From a virus (lineage: Duplodnaviria; Caudoviricetes), in IMG/VR virus record IMGVR_UViG_3300048694_000377, positions 1 to 62,876 of that record: 62,876 nucleotides of DNA; one strand, written 5' to 3'. Below are positions 16,833 through 25,111 of the stretch, piece by piece. Each line of letters starts with the position of its first letter. Position 1 is the first letter of the stretch. Below the pieces are notes generated by a model. That model worked only from the letters and a program-made list of their open reading frames with translations. It was not told where the DNA came from and did not search any database. The position numbers and the translations under genes are program-made.

Positions 16833-17717
16833 ATGGAAATCGCACAACAGTTTGACTCGGTAGGCATTGCTACTTCTAGCATGCTAGTAGAACTCAACAT
16901 CTCTTGCTGGACTGCTCGCAAGCTCGACAAGAAAGTATCGGAGGAGGTTGACCAAGCCAAGAACACCAAGGTGAAAGCAGGCAACTACCACAAGCATTTG
17001 CTTGCAGGTAACCCACACTTGGAAGCAGTCAACAAGTATGCCGCCAAGATTCGCTTGTGGAATACCAAGCAGACTATCCCTTGGTCTGACAATGGTGGGC
17101 GCATCGTGACGATGGAGAACTTAATCAATGGTGGATACAAACGCCAACTTGACGAACACAAGGTGGAGTTTGAAAGACTGGCGGATAATTTCATCAAAGT
17201 CTACCCTACGCTGATATCAGCGGCTGCGTTCCAACTGGGTGACTTGTTCGACCGAGACGAGTATCCTGAGCCAGAAGCCGTTGCCAAGAAGTTCCGGTTT
17301 CAGTATACGCTGATGCCCCTGCCAACATCGGGTGATTTTCGTATCGACATAGGCGAGCAAGTCAAGGCTGAGCTGATGCAACAATACGAGCAGCACTTCA
17401 ACGAGCGACTCGACACAGCCATGCGTGATGTGTGGGGCCGACTGCATGAGTGCTTGTCACACATGAGCGAGCGACTCGCAAGCGATGAGGAAGGCAACCG
17501 CAAGGTTTTCCATGGCACGCTACTGACAAACGCCAGAGAGATGGTGGGTTTACTGCGGCGACTCAATGTCACCAATGACCCTAAGCTAGAAGAGGCACGG
17601 CGTGATCTTGAAGCTGCGTTGATCAACGCCGACACCGAGACCATCAAAGAAAGCGACTATGTGCGTGAGACTGTGAAGACCAAAGTCGACGCCATCATCA
17701 ACAAGTATTCGTGGTAA
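16833..17717 (+). CDS. Conserved phage protein (possibly DUF3150-like)
   Basis: 294 aa, LVELNISCWTARKLDK, helical. Family call from memory. Confidence 0.55.
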   Translation: MEIAQQFDSVGIATSSMLVELNISCWTARKLDKKVSEEVDQAKNTKVKAGNYHKHLLAGNPHLEAVNKYAAKIRLWNTKQTIPWSDNGGRIVTMENLINGGYKRQLDEHKVEFERLADNFIKVYPTLISAAAFQLGDLFDRDEYPEPEAVAKKFRFQYTLMPLPTSGDFRIDIGEQVKAELMQQYEQHFNERLDTAMRDVWGRLHECLSHMSERLASDEEGNRKVFHGTLLTNAREMVGLLRRLNVTNDPKLEEARRDLEAALINADTETIKESDYVRETVKTKVDAIINKYSW

Positions 17718-17731
17718 GAAAGGAAGCAACT

Positions 17732-18619
17732 ATGACACCGACACAACTGCCAGAGATTTTGCAAGGCAAGATCGAATTCAACAAGTATGCGGGTAAACCA
17801 GTTGAAGCAAAGCTGATCACCATACTGTGCGAGGCATCCATGTTCAACCCTGCGTTTACCTACAAGGTAACCGACACCCATGGGTATGGTGATAAGGAGA
17901 AAATCAGTTCGGTTGCTGTTTACGAGGGCGCACAACCTGTTGGCAAGATAGGCGCATCCATGCGCTATCGGCGTAACGACAACGAGCCTGTTTTTGAAGT
18001 TTCTTCCGAGGGCATAAACAAGCGCCGTGGCACACAGTCAACCAAGCACTTGAAGATTGCGGTCAAAGTCATCAAGGAAATGTTCAAACCCGCACCCATT
18101 GAGAAACGAGCGGAAGAGTTGGGCGATACTGTATCGGACAAGATCAACCGCATGGTGCGCCGTGCCGCCGATCATGTGGAGGGTTCGGTGCGAATGGCAG
18201 CGAGAGAAGTGGTGGCTTTCCTTGCAGAGTATGACGAGCTTGAGACCAAGCCAGCTAAAGTGCCAACCAACGTGATGGCGAAACTACCACGCGAGTGGCG
18301 AATGTATATTGATAACCATCGCATATCTCGTGCAGTCCAAGCGTCTTTCTCTACTAACACAGGCGCATGCCTACGCATAGAGGATGATGGTTCGCTATCC
18401 ATGTGGGACATGGCAACGAAGGAATTCACCGAGCACAAGTCGACATACGAGTTGCCTACTAACTATCAGGAGAAGATCACCATTCTCAAACTGATGGATG
18501 AAGACCAACCTGTTGAACATATCGGCGTTAAGTTTAGCGACTTCACGCACACCAACGGAGTGCGCCGTCAGATGACATACTTCTTTCTAGTTGCGGGTGA
18601 TACCTATGTTGTAAGTTGA
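17732..18619 (+). CDS. Hypothetical protein
   Basis: About 295 aa; AAGGA SD. Confidence 0.75.
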   Translation: MTPTQLPEILQGKIEFNKYAGKPVEAKLITILCEASMFNPAFTYKVTDTHGYGDKEKISSVAVYEGAQPVGKIGASMRYRRNDNEPVFEVSSEGINKRRGTQSTKHLKIAVKVIKEMFKPAPIEKRAEELGDTVSDKINRMVRRAADHVEGSVRMAAREVVAFLAEYDELETKPAKVPTNVMAKLPREWRMYIDNHRISRAVQASFSTNTGACLRIEDDGSLSMWDMATKEFTEHKSTYELPTNYQEKITILKLMDEDQPVEHIGVKFSDFTHTNGVRRQMTYFFLVAGDTYVVS

Positions 18620-18625
18620 TAGCAC

Positions 18626-18652
18626 GACACACTGACACTTAGTCACTTTGTC
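18626..18652. repeat. 27-bp palindrome, copy 9
   Basis: GACACACTGAC-ACTTA-GTCACTTTGTC (perfect). Confidence 0.9.
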
Positions 18653-18656
18653 CCTT

Positions 18657-18685
18657 AACCTCGGGTTTACCCCCGAGGTTTTTTT
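18657..18685 (+). terminator. Intrinsic terminator ending the first early operon
   Basis: AACCTCGGG-loop-CCCGAGGTT-TTTTT. Confidence 0.85.
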
Positions 18686-18696
18686 ACGCCCAAGTA

Positions 18697-18725
18697 TTGA
18701 CTTGGGTTTTTTTATGCACTATACT
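18697..18725 (+). promoter_or_regulatory. Sigma70 promoter
   Basis: TTGACT, 17 nt, TATACT. Confidence 0.8.
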
Positions 18726-18746
18726 CAGTCAACAAAGGAGTAATCC

Positions 18747-19046
18747 ATGACCCCTGAGGGCAAAGTTAAAGAGAGAGCAAAGCGCATCCTTGATTCAATT
18801 GGCGCTTATTACTTCATGCCTGCGACTGGTGGCTATGGTCGTAGCGGAATCCCTGATATTGTTGGATGCCTCAACGGCGTATTCTTTGCGATCGAGTGCA
18901 AAGCCAACGGGGGGCGACCGACTGCATTGCAGCTTAGAGAGATTGACCGCATCAACGTCGCTGGTGGTTTTGCCATCGTGGTCGACGAGGAAAATGTTTC
19001 GCTGTTGGAGTCGCTGTCCAAGTTGGTCGGCGAGCGACAACTATGA
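18747..19046 (+). CDS. VRR-NUC nuclease / Holliday-junction resolvase-like
   Basis: E...GIPDIV...FAIECK..G.PT.LQ motif. Confidence 0.85.
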   Translation: MTPEGKVKERAKRILDSIGAYYFMPATGGYGRSGIPDIVGCLNGVFFAIECKANGGRPTALQLREIDRINVAGGFAIVVDEENVSLLESLSKLVGERQL

Positions 19047-19276
19047 CCGTTCCCTATAAGGGGACGGAGAGTTTCGTCCTAGCCCTTGGAGAAATCATGA
19101 AATTAAAAGCTGTAAAACTTGAGCACCGAGACAAAACTGAATACCGACCAGTTGGCATCCTTGACCCTAATTTCAAGTATGTTCCTGCTGCTGCGACAGA
19201 TGTAACGCAGACATGGCGCAGGTTTGGATGGAAACCGATTGAACGTAAAGAAAAACACTACGAAGGAAAAAAATGA
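19043..19276 (+). CDS. Hypothetical protein
   Basis: ILDPNFKYVPAAATDVTQTWRRFGW; coupled at both ends. Confidence 0.65.
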   Translation: MTVPYKGTESFVLALGEIMKLKAVKLEHRDKTEYRPVGILDPNFKYVPAAATDVTQTWRRFGWKPIERKEKHYEGKK

Positions 19277-19452
19277 TCACCCCTGATGAGCAAACCAAAA
19301 CCCCCCGCCGTGTCATTGATGACGACGATACTCTGTGCTATCGCAACGACGTGCTTGAAGAAGTGGCCCGTGTCATTGAACAATTCAAAATCCCATTCGC
19401 CGCCGACACCGTGGCAAGTTTTGCGGCATTAGTACGGGAGATGAAGCGATGA
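19273..19452 (+). CDS. Hypothetical protein (59 aa; not in track)
   Basis: MITPDEQ...RNDVLEEVAR...EMKR*; ATGA overlaps at both ends. Confidence 0.65.
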   Translation: MITPDEQTKTPRRVIDDDDTLCYRNDVLEEVARVIEQFKIPFAADTVASFAALVREMKR

Positions 19453-19658
19453 CATTTGATGAATGGTGGGTCACGCTCACAGAGCCAGAGCAAAAGCTGC
19501 TTGGTCGCACCAACGCCAAGTATGTGTGGGTGTGCGCCCGTGATGCCTGCGCAGAGATAGCCCTTCAAGGTACGGGCGAAGCCATGCAGACAAAAACTTT
19601 GGAGATTCTGAATACAGAACGACTGAGGATTGCAAAGAACATCAAGGAGAAGACATGA
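19449..19658 (+). CDS. Hypothetical protein
   Basis: ATGA coupling. Confidence 0.6.
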   Translation: MTFDEWWVTLTEPEQKLLGRTNAKYVWVCARDACAEIALQGTGEAMQTKTLEILNTERLRIAKNIKEKT

Positions 19659-19978
19659 ATGGTTATCCAACCAAGCCACTTACAAAGCAACAAGACCAAG
19701 CGTTGCGAGAATGGTTACAAGAATCCATCGTGCCATTGATCGAGCAAGTGCTGGTCAAGAAGATTGGTCAAGCGATGCAGTATGCGGCTGAAGAACTTAT
19801 ACAGCCCAAATGTGACCGCATCCACTGTCGTTGTGGCCTTAAGAGTGAATGGCAGGGACTGACGGATGATGAAGTGTCCAAAATCCTAGACGATGTGATT
19901 GGCTTCAACAGTTGTTGGGGGCCAGAAACTGAATTCGCCCGAGCCATCGAAGCCAAACTCAAGGAGAAAAACTCTTGA
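19655..19978 (+). CDS. Hypothetical protein with WQGLTDDE...FARAIEAKLKEKN tail
   Basis: The C-terminal module is familiar from small phage early genes. Confidence 0.65.
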   Translation: MNGYPTKPLTKQQDQALREWLQESIVPLIEQVLVKKIGQAMQYAAEELIQPKCDRIHCRCGLKSEWQGLTDDEVSKILDDVIGFNSCWGPETEFARAIEAKLKEKNS

Positions 19979-20304
19979 ACTATTACATTTTTGCAAACGG
20001 TATCGAATTAGTTTTTGACGAAATCAATGATGGGGTGTTTGCTTGTTTTGTGGGCAGGGAGAAAATGCTTGCCTTAAGAAATTACAAACACCCGATATTT
20101 GAGCAATCGGTCTGGGACTTGGAGTTGAGCGTGCGTGCGACCAACTGTCTGAAGTCGGAGGGAATCGAAACGATTGGTCAACTGCTTGAGCGTTTGAGAG
20201 ATAACTGCCACTACCTCACAAGAGTTCCTAATATTGGCAAAGTGACTGAGCGAGAAATAAAAGATGCGCTCAGAAACAGAGGTTTGAGTTGGGGGGAGAA
20301 ATGA
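19975..20304 (+). CDS. Stand-alone RNA polymerase alpha C-terminal-domain protein
   Basis: VWDLELSVRATNCLKSEGIETIGQL...VPNIGKVTEREIKDALRNRGLSWG matches the alpha-CTD signature. No alpha-NTD. Alternative start at 20065. Confidence 0.85.
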   Translation: MNYYIFANGIELVFDEINDGVFACFVGREKMLALRNYKHPIFEQSVWDLELSVRATNCLKSEGIETIGQLLERLRDNCHYLTRVPNIGKVTEREIKDALRNRGLSWGEK

Positions 20305-21017
20305 ACCTCACCGCCCTTCAAGTTGAGCTGCTCAAGTGGCAACACTTTGTCCGTGAGCAAAAGACCCAGCACATCATCCTCTTTGAAGGGGTCGATGCCG
20401 CAGGCAAGTCCGGTGCCATCAAACGCTTCATGGAGCATTTAAACCCAAGGTACGCGCGTGTGGTTGCTTTGGACAAGCCGACCGAGCAGGAAGCCCGTCA
20501 GTGGTACTGGCAAAGGTACATCCAGCAATTCCCGAAAGCAGGGGAGATATGCTTCTTTGACCGCTCTTGGTACAACCGTGCAGGGGTTGAGCCCGTCATG
20601 GGGTTTTGCCGTAAGGATGAGACCTTTCTTTTTTTGCATGAGTGCCGTGATCTTGAGCCAGTTTTTAAACGCGCAGGCATCAGGCTGACAAAATTCTTCT
20701 TTTCCATTACCAGAGAGGAGCAAGCCAAACGCTTTGAAAGCAGGCAGACAAGTCCCCTGAAAGTGGGCAAAATGAGTGCTGTGGACTTGGAGAGTCAGAG
20801 GTTGTGGGAAGAGTATGGTGCCGCATACCAGACCATGATTGACACAACGCCTGATTGGATTATCGTCAACTCCAATGACAAAACCAAAGCCCGCATCGCC
20901 GCCATGCAGTACGTCCTCTTGAACAATGACTACCTTGGCAAAGACTTATCCGCCATTGGGGAAATCGACCCCGACATTTTATGGAGCCATGATGAAAAAG
21001 AAACTGACCATCGCTGA
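20301..21017 (+). CDS. ppk2: Polyphosphate kinase 2
   Basis: FEGVDAAGKSGAIKR, LDKPTE.E, QWYWQRY, FDRSWYNR and SITREEQ motifs; single domain. Confidence 0.92.
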   Translation: MNLTALQVELLKWQHFVREQKTQHIILFEGVDAAGKSGAIKRFMEHLNPRYARVVALDKPTEQEARQWYWQRYIQQFPKAGEICFFDRSWYNRAGVEPVMGFCRKDETFLFLHECRDLEPVFKRAGIRLTKFFFSITREEQAKRFESRQTSPLKVGKMSAVDLESQRLWEEYGAAYQTMIDTTPDWIIVNSNDKTKARIAAMQYVLLNNDYLGKDLSAIGEIDPDILWSHDEKETDHR

Positions 21018-21279
21018 ACCCGCACTGCGTGAAAAGAAGACTGGCAAGGTTGACCCTGCGCCCAGCAAAGCATGGAGCCATGAAGAGATTGAGGTGTCCA
21101 AGGATGTTAAGGACAAGGACGTCAAGCGCGGATTCGTGACCAACACCGGCAAGTTCGTGGACCGCAAGAAGGCCGCCAAAATTGCCAAAGCCGCCGGTGA
21201 AATCAAGAAGCCTGTAAAGAAACTTCATTCCCACGATTTGCGTCAGGGCGCAGGCATCAAGAAAAAGGTTATGAAGTGA
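20989..21279 (+). CDS. Small Lys-rich protein
   Basis: GFVTNTGKFVDRKKAAKIA; overlaps the end of ppk2. Confidence 0.65.
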   Translation: MMKKKLTIAEPALREKKTGKVDPAPSKAWSHEEIEVSKDVKDKDVKRGFVTNTGKFVDRKKAAKIAKAAGEIKKPVKKLHSHDLRQGAGIKKKVMK

Positions 21280-21509
21280 AGGCTGGCATGAAGTGCCCCG
21301 AGTGTGGGGCCTGGACTGAAGTGCTTGAGACAAAGAAGATCAGAAATACCAACATAATCAAACGAAGGAGGGAATGTGGAAACGGACATAGGTTCACAAC
21401 GCACGAGCAAGTCGCCTACGTCGAGACGCCGAGAAAAAAAGCAGATCGACTGGCAGTCATGGAATCCCTTTCAAAGAGCAACGGGCGAAGCCTTACGCCA
21501 ACTAAATAA
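21276..21509 (+). CDS. NrdR N-terminal-like zinc-ribbon protein
   Basis: MKCPECG...VLET...RRRECGNGHRFTTHE; no ATP-cone. Confidence 0.75.
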   Translation: MKAGMKCPECGAWTEVLETKKIRNTNIIKRRRECGNGHRFTTHEQVAYVETPRKKADRLAVMESLSKSNGRSLTPTK

Positions 21510-21572
21510 AAGGCAACGGAAGCAGTCACCGATTGACTGTGTGGAAGAAGCACCATTTTGAAGGAGAAGCAA

Positions 21573-22010
21573 ATGAGAAAACAGACAACCGCCCAAAAAG
21601 TTCGCCGCTACATGGCGAAGCACCCCGCCGCACAGCCCAAGCAAATTGCCGAGGCGTTAGGAGTGAAATTGGAATACGTCTACGTCTTGCGTTCAGTGGA
21701 CAAAAAGAAAGCGAAGCCAGAGAAAACTCTTGTTGAGATGATCAAAGAAGCACAAGATGCTCGCAAAGACTTGCCCATCACGATGATAGAACCTAAACCC
21801 GATCCAGTTAATCACCCCGCGCATTACAAAGTGGGTGGCATCGAGACGATTGACTTCATCGAAGCCAAAGGTCTGGGCTACAACTTGGGTAATGTAATCA
21901 AGTACATCACTCGCGCTGACCACAAGAGCAATACCTACGAAGACTTGTGCAAAGCGCGTTGGTATCTCAACCGTGAGATTAGCAAACATCTTGGAGTAAA
22001 CAATCAGTGA
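21573..22010 (+). CDS. HTH-like N-terminus plus DUF3310 (SaV-like) domain
   Basis: DPVNHPAHY..GGIETIDFI...GNVIKYITRA.HK...EDLCKARWYL. Confidence 0.8.
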   Translation: MRKQTTAQKVRRYMAKHPAAQPKQIAEALGVKLEYVYVLRSVDKKKAKPEKTLVEMIKEAQDARKDLPITMIEPKPDPVNHPAHYKVGGIETIDFIEAKGLGYNLGNVIKYITRADHKSNTYEDLCKARWYLNREISKHLGVNNQ

Positions 22011-23845
22011 GCTTCATCACACTCGACTTTGAAACTTACTACGACAAAGATTTTTCTTTGTCGAAGATGACTACTGAGGAATACATCCGCGACGACCGAT
22101 TTGAAGTGATCGGCGTTGCGGTCAAGGTCGATGACGAGGAAACGGTTTGGTGCGCAGGTTCAAAAAACCAAATCACATCGTTCCTTTCTACTTTTCCTTG
22201 GGAAACGTCCGCAGTTCTCGCTCATAACATGATGTTCGACGGCGCCATCCTTGGGTGGCACTTTGATATTCACCCCATGGCGTTGATGGACACCCTTGCA
22301 ATGTTGCGCGCAGTAGATGGCACTGAGGTTGGTAACAGCCTAGCCAAAGCCGCTGAACGCTACGGGCTGGGTGTCAAAGGTACTGAAGTTATCTTGGCGT
22401 TAGGAAAGCGCCAGGCCGACTTTGACCCTGAGAGCCTACGACGCTACGGTGAGTACTGCATCAATGATGTCGAGCTTACCTACAGTTTATTCAACATTCT
22501 CATCTCATCGTTTAAAAAGTCTGAGCTTAAACTGATTGATTTGACTTTGAGGATGTACACGCAACCTGCATTGCAGTTGAATCTGCCAATGCTTGAGCAA
22601 CATCTAATGGAGGTGGTTGACCGCAAAGAGGCTTTGATAGCTGATGCCAATGCCGACCGAGAGATATTGCTGTCGAACGAAAAATTTGCTTTGCGTTTAT
22701 TGCAGTTGGGCGTTGACCCACCAATGAAGATCAGCCCAACCACAAACAAGTTGACATTGGCGCTTGCCAAGAGCGATGCTGGGTTCAAAGCACTGGCTGA
22801 CCATGACGATGTACGGGTGCAAGCCCTTGTCGCCGCAAGACTTGGGACAAAAAGCACCTTGGAGGAGACACGCACCGAGCGGTTCATTGCAATAGCGAAG
22901 CGCGGTAGCTTGCCCGTACCCCTCAGATACTACGCTGCCCACACGGGTCGGTGGGGTGGAGACGACAAACTCAACCTGCAAAACTTGCCTAGGAAATCCA
23001 AACTCAAGTCAGCCATCATCCCACCTGAGGGGTATGTGTTGATTGACGCCGACTCCAGTCAAATCGAAGCCCGTACGCTTGCGTGGCTGTCTGGACAGAA
23101 AGACTTGGTGCAAGCCTTTGAGGGAGGCAAAGATGTGTACCGAATGATGGCAGGGAGGATTTACCGCATCCCAACCGACGAAGTTGATGACGCTCAAAGA
23201 TTCGTGGGAAAGACAACAATCCTCGGTGCAGGGTACGGCATGGGGGCAGCAAAGTTTCAAGCGCAACTCAAAAACTTTGGGGTTGAATTGTCCGAAGCCG
23301 AATGCCGCCGCATTTTGACAACCTACCGGGAAGGCTTTCCATTCATCACAAATCTGTGGAACCAAGGTAGTCGTTGTCTTGATGCTTTAGCAGATATCAA
23401 ACTCAAAACAGCCGAATTTGGTGTGCAACCTCAGGCAGTCAATGTGCTTCCGGGGGTGGGATTTGACCTACCAAGCGGCTTGCCGTTGAAATATATGGAA
23501 CTCAGGGCAGTTGACATTGACGACAGGGGTAGGCCCCAGTATATTTACTCTACACGGCGAGGCCCAGTGCGAATCTACGGGGGCAAGGTGGTCGAGAACG
23601 TCTGCCAAGCTCTTGCAAGGTGCGTGGTTGGTGAGCAAATGTTGCGGATTGCCAAGCGGTACAAGGTTGTGCTGACTGTGCATGATGCGGTTGCTTGCAT
23701 TGCACCCGAGGATGAGTGGCGTGAAGCGGCTTTGTATGTACAAGAATGTATGCGGTGGCGCCCGCTATGGGCCCAAACTTTGCCTTTAAATTGTGAAGTC
23801 AAAGTTGGAGAGAGCTACGGCTACGCTAAAAAGTTTGAAGGGTGA
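22007..23845 (+). CDS. polA: Family A DNA polymerase with 3'-5' exonuclease
   Basis: DFETY, HN..FD, motif A DSSQIEAR, motif B R..GK..ILG.GYG, motif C TVHD. Confidence 0.92.
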   Translation: MSFITLDFETYYDKDFSLSKMTTEEYIRDDRFEVIGVAVKVDDEETVWCAGSKNQITSFLSTFPWETSAVLAHNMMFDGAILGWHFDIHPMALMDTLAMLRAVDGTEVGNSLAKAAERYGLGVKGTEVILALGKRQADFDPESLRRYGEYCINDVELTYSLFNILISSFKKSELKLIDLTLRMYTQPALQLNLPMLEQHLMEVVDRKEALIADANADREILLSNEKFALRLLQLGVDPPMKISPTTNKLTLALAKSDAGFKALADHDDVRVQALVAARLGTKSTLEETRTERFIAIAKRGSLPVPLRYYAAHTGRWGGDDKLNLQNLPRKSKLKSAIIPPEGYVLIDADSSQIEARTLAWLSGQKDLVQAFEGGKDVYRMMAGRIYRIPTDEVDDAQRFVGKTTILGAGYGMGAAKFQAQLKNFGVELSEAECRRILTTYREGFPFITNLWNQGSRCLDALADIKLKTAEFGVQPQAVNVLPGVGFDLPSGLPLKYMELRAVDIDDRGRPQYIYSTRRGPVRIYGGKVVENVCQALARCVVGEQMLRIAKRYKVVLTVHDAVACIAPEDEWREAALYVQECMRWRPLWAQTLPLNCEVKVGESYGYAKKFEG

Positions 23846-23848
23846 GAA

Positions 23849-24517
23849 GTGAACTACACATGGTCATATTCCAGCATGTCGCTGTTTCAGCAGTGCCCCC
23901 GCAAGTATCATCGCTTGCGGATTGTTAAAGACATTGCCGAGCCGCCTCAAGACCACTTGATCTACGGGTCTGCGGTACATAAGGCAGCCGAAGAATATCT
24001 GCGTGACGGTACGCCGATACCAGAAAAGTTTGCTTACATCCAACCTAAGATTGCGCCATTCAAAAGCCTTCCCGGCACGTTGTATTGCGAGCATGAGATG
24101 GGCGTGACCCGCAACCTTGAGCCGTGCGGGTTTCGTGACAAGAAAGTTTGGTTTCGTGGCATCGCCGATTTGCTCATCATCAATGGTGACAAGGCACGCA
24201 TCGCTGACTGGAAAACAAGCAAGAGCAGCCGATACGCAGACCGCAAGCAGTTAGAACTTTTGGCGCTTTTGGTGTTTAAGCATTTCCCCGAAGTCAAGTC
24301 AGTTGCATCGGGGCTGGTGTTTTTGGTTGCCGACGACCTTGTGACTGCCAAGTTTGAACGCGATGCCCAAGAGGTGAGTTGGCAAAAGTGGTTGGGCGAA
24401 GCCCATTTGCTTGATGAGGCGTACAAGAACGACGTTTGGAACCCCCGCCCCAACTTTACATGCAGAGGCTGGTGCCCTGTGAGTGATTGTGAGCATAACC
24501 AACCCAAAAGGAACTGA
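23849..24517 (+). CDS. PD-(D/E)xK Cas4/RecB-like exonuclease
   Basis: CPRKY, GIADL, DWKT, QL, C-terminal C..CP...C. Confidence 0.85.
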   Translation: MNYTWSYSSMSLFQQCPRKYHRLRIVKDIAEPPQDHLIYGSAVHKAAEEYLRDGTPIPEKFAYIQPKIAPFKSLPGTLYCEHEMGVTRNLEPCGFRDKKVWFRGIADLLIINGDKARIADWKTSKSSRYADRKQLELLALLVFKHFPEVKSVASGLVFLVADDLVTAKFERDAQEVSWQKWLGEAHLLDEAYKNDVWNPRPNFTCRGWCPVSDCEHNQPKRN

Positions 24518-24519
24518 TC

Positions 24520-24795
24520 ATGCCATATGTAAACAAGCCCCGTCCGTACAAAAAAGAATACGAGATGTACGATGGCACCGAAAAAGTGAAGAAGAAACGC
24601 GCTGAACGCAACAAGGCACGACACATCATGGAGCAAGCAGGACTGGTACACAAAGGAGATGGGAAAGATGTTGACCATAAAAAGCCTCTTTCAAAAGGCG
24701 GTAAGACAACCAAAGGAAACCTTAGAGTTAAAACCGCTTCCGATAACCGAAGCTACCCGCGCAACTCCAATCACACGCTCAAACGGAACACTTGA
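24520..24795 (+). CDS. Small HNH protein
   Basis: DVDHKKPLSKGG...NL...DNR. Confidence 0.8.
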   Translation: MPYVNKPRPYKKEYEMYDGTEKVKKKRAERNKARHIMEQAGLVHKGDGKDVDHKKPLSKGGKTTKGNLRVKTASDNRSYPRNSNHTLKRNT

Positions 24796-25111
24796 GTATC
24801 GAGCATCGGGACGTTACCATTTTGGGTGGAGCGACCCGCGTTCCACGTACGTTTCTAAAATATATCCGTTGGGGTTTGAAGATGTGAGTGAAGACAAAAC
24901 ACATTACGCTAGAAGCATGACAGACGAACAGTTGCGTTCTGCGTGGCTGATTTTGTTTGGCAGTGGAACTGTGCCGTTTATAAAAATTGTTGAAGACAAA
25001 GACAAAGACAATATTGAGATTGCACGGGAATGCTACAAGCGTGGGCTCGCAGAACGTGGCTACGGCACGGAATACGATTGTGCAATGTACAAATTGAAAT
25101 CATGGAAATAA
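24659..25111 (+). CDS. Hypothetical protein containing a major-capsid C-terminal-like motif
   Basis: Only ORF in the gap. GTLEYRASGRYHFGWSDP resembles MCP GNVRYKARERYSFGWSDP. Start uncertain. Confidence 0.6.
   Translation: MGKMLTIKSLFQKAVRQPKETLELKPLPITEATRATPITRSNGTLEYRASGRYHFGWSDPRSTYVSKIYPLGFEDVSEDKTHYARSMTDEQLRSAWLILFGSGTVPFIKIVEDKDKDNIEIARECYKRGLAERGYGTEYDCAMYKLKSWK

Noticed and set aside
11049-18652. Palindromes as CRISPR repeats, integron attC, matS or CRP sites
   Set aside because: Spacing is irregular and gene-sized, there is no cas or integrase gene and no GTTRRRY core, and the spacer lengths do not fit matS or CRP.
23849-24517. Cas4-like gene as part of a CRISPR system
   Set aside because: It is a solo nuclease next to polA, typical of phage replication modules, with no array or other cas genes.
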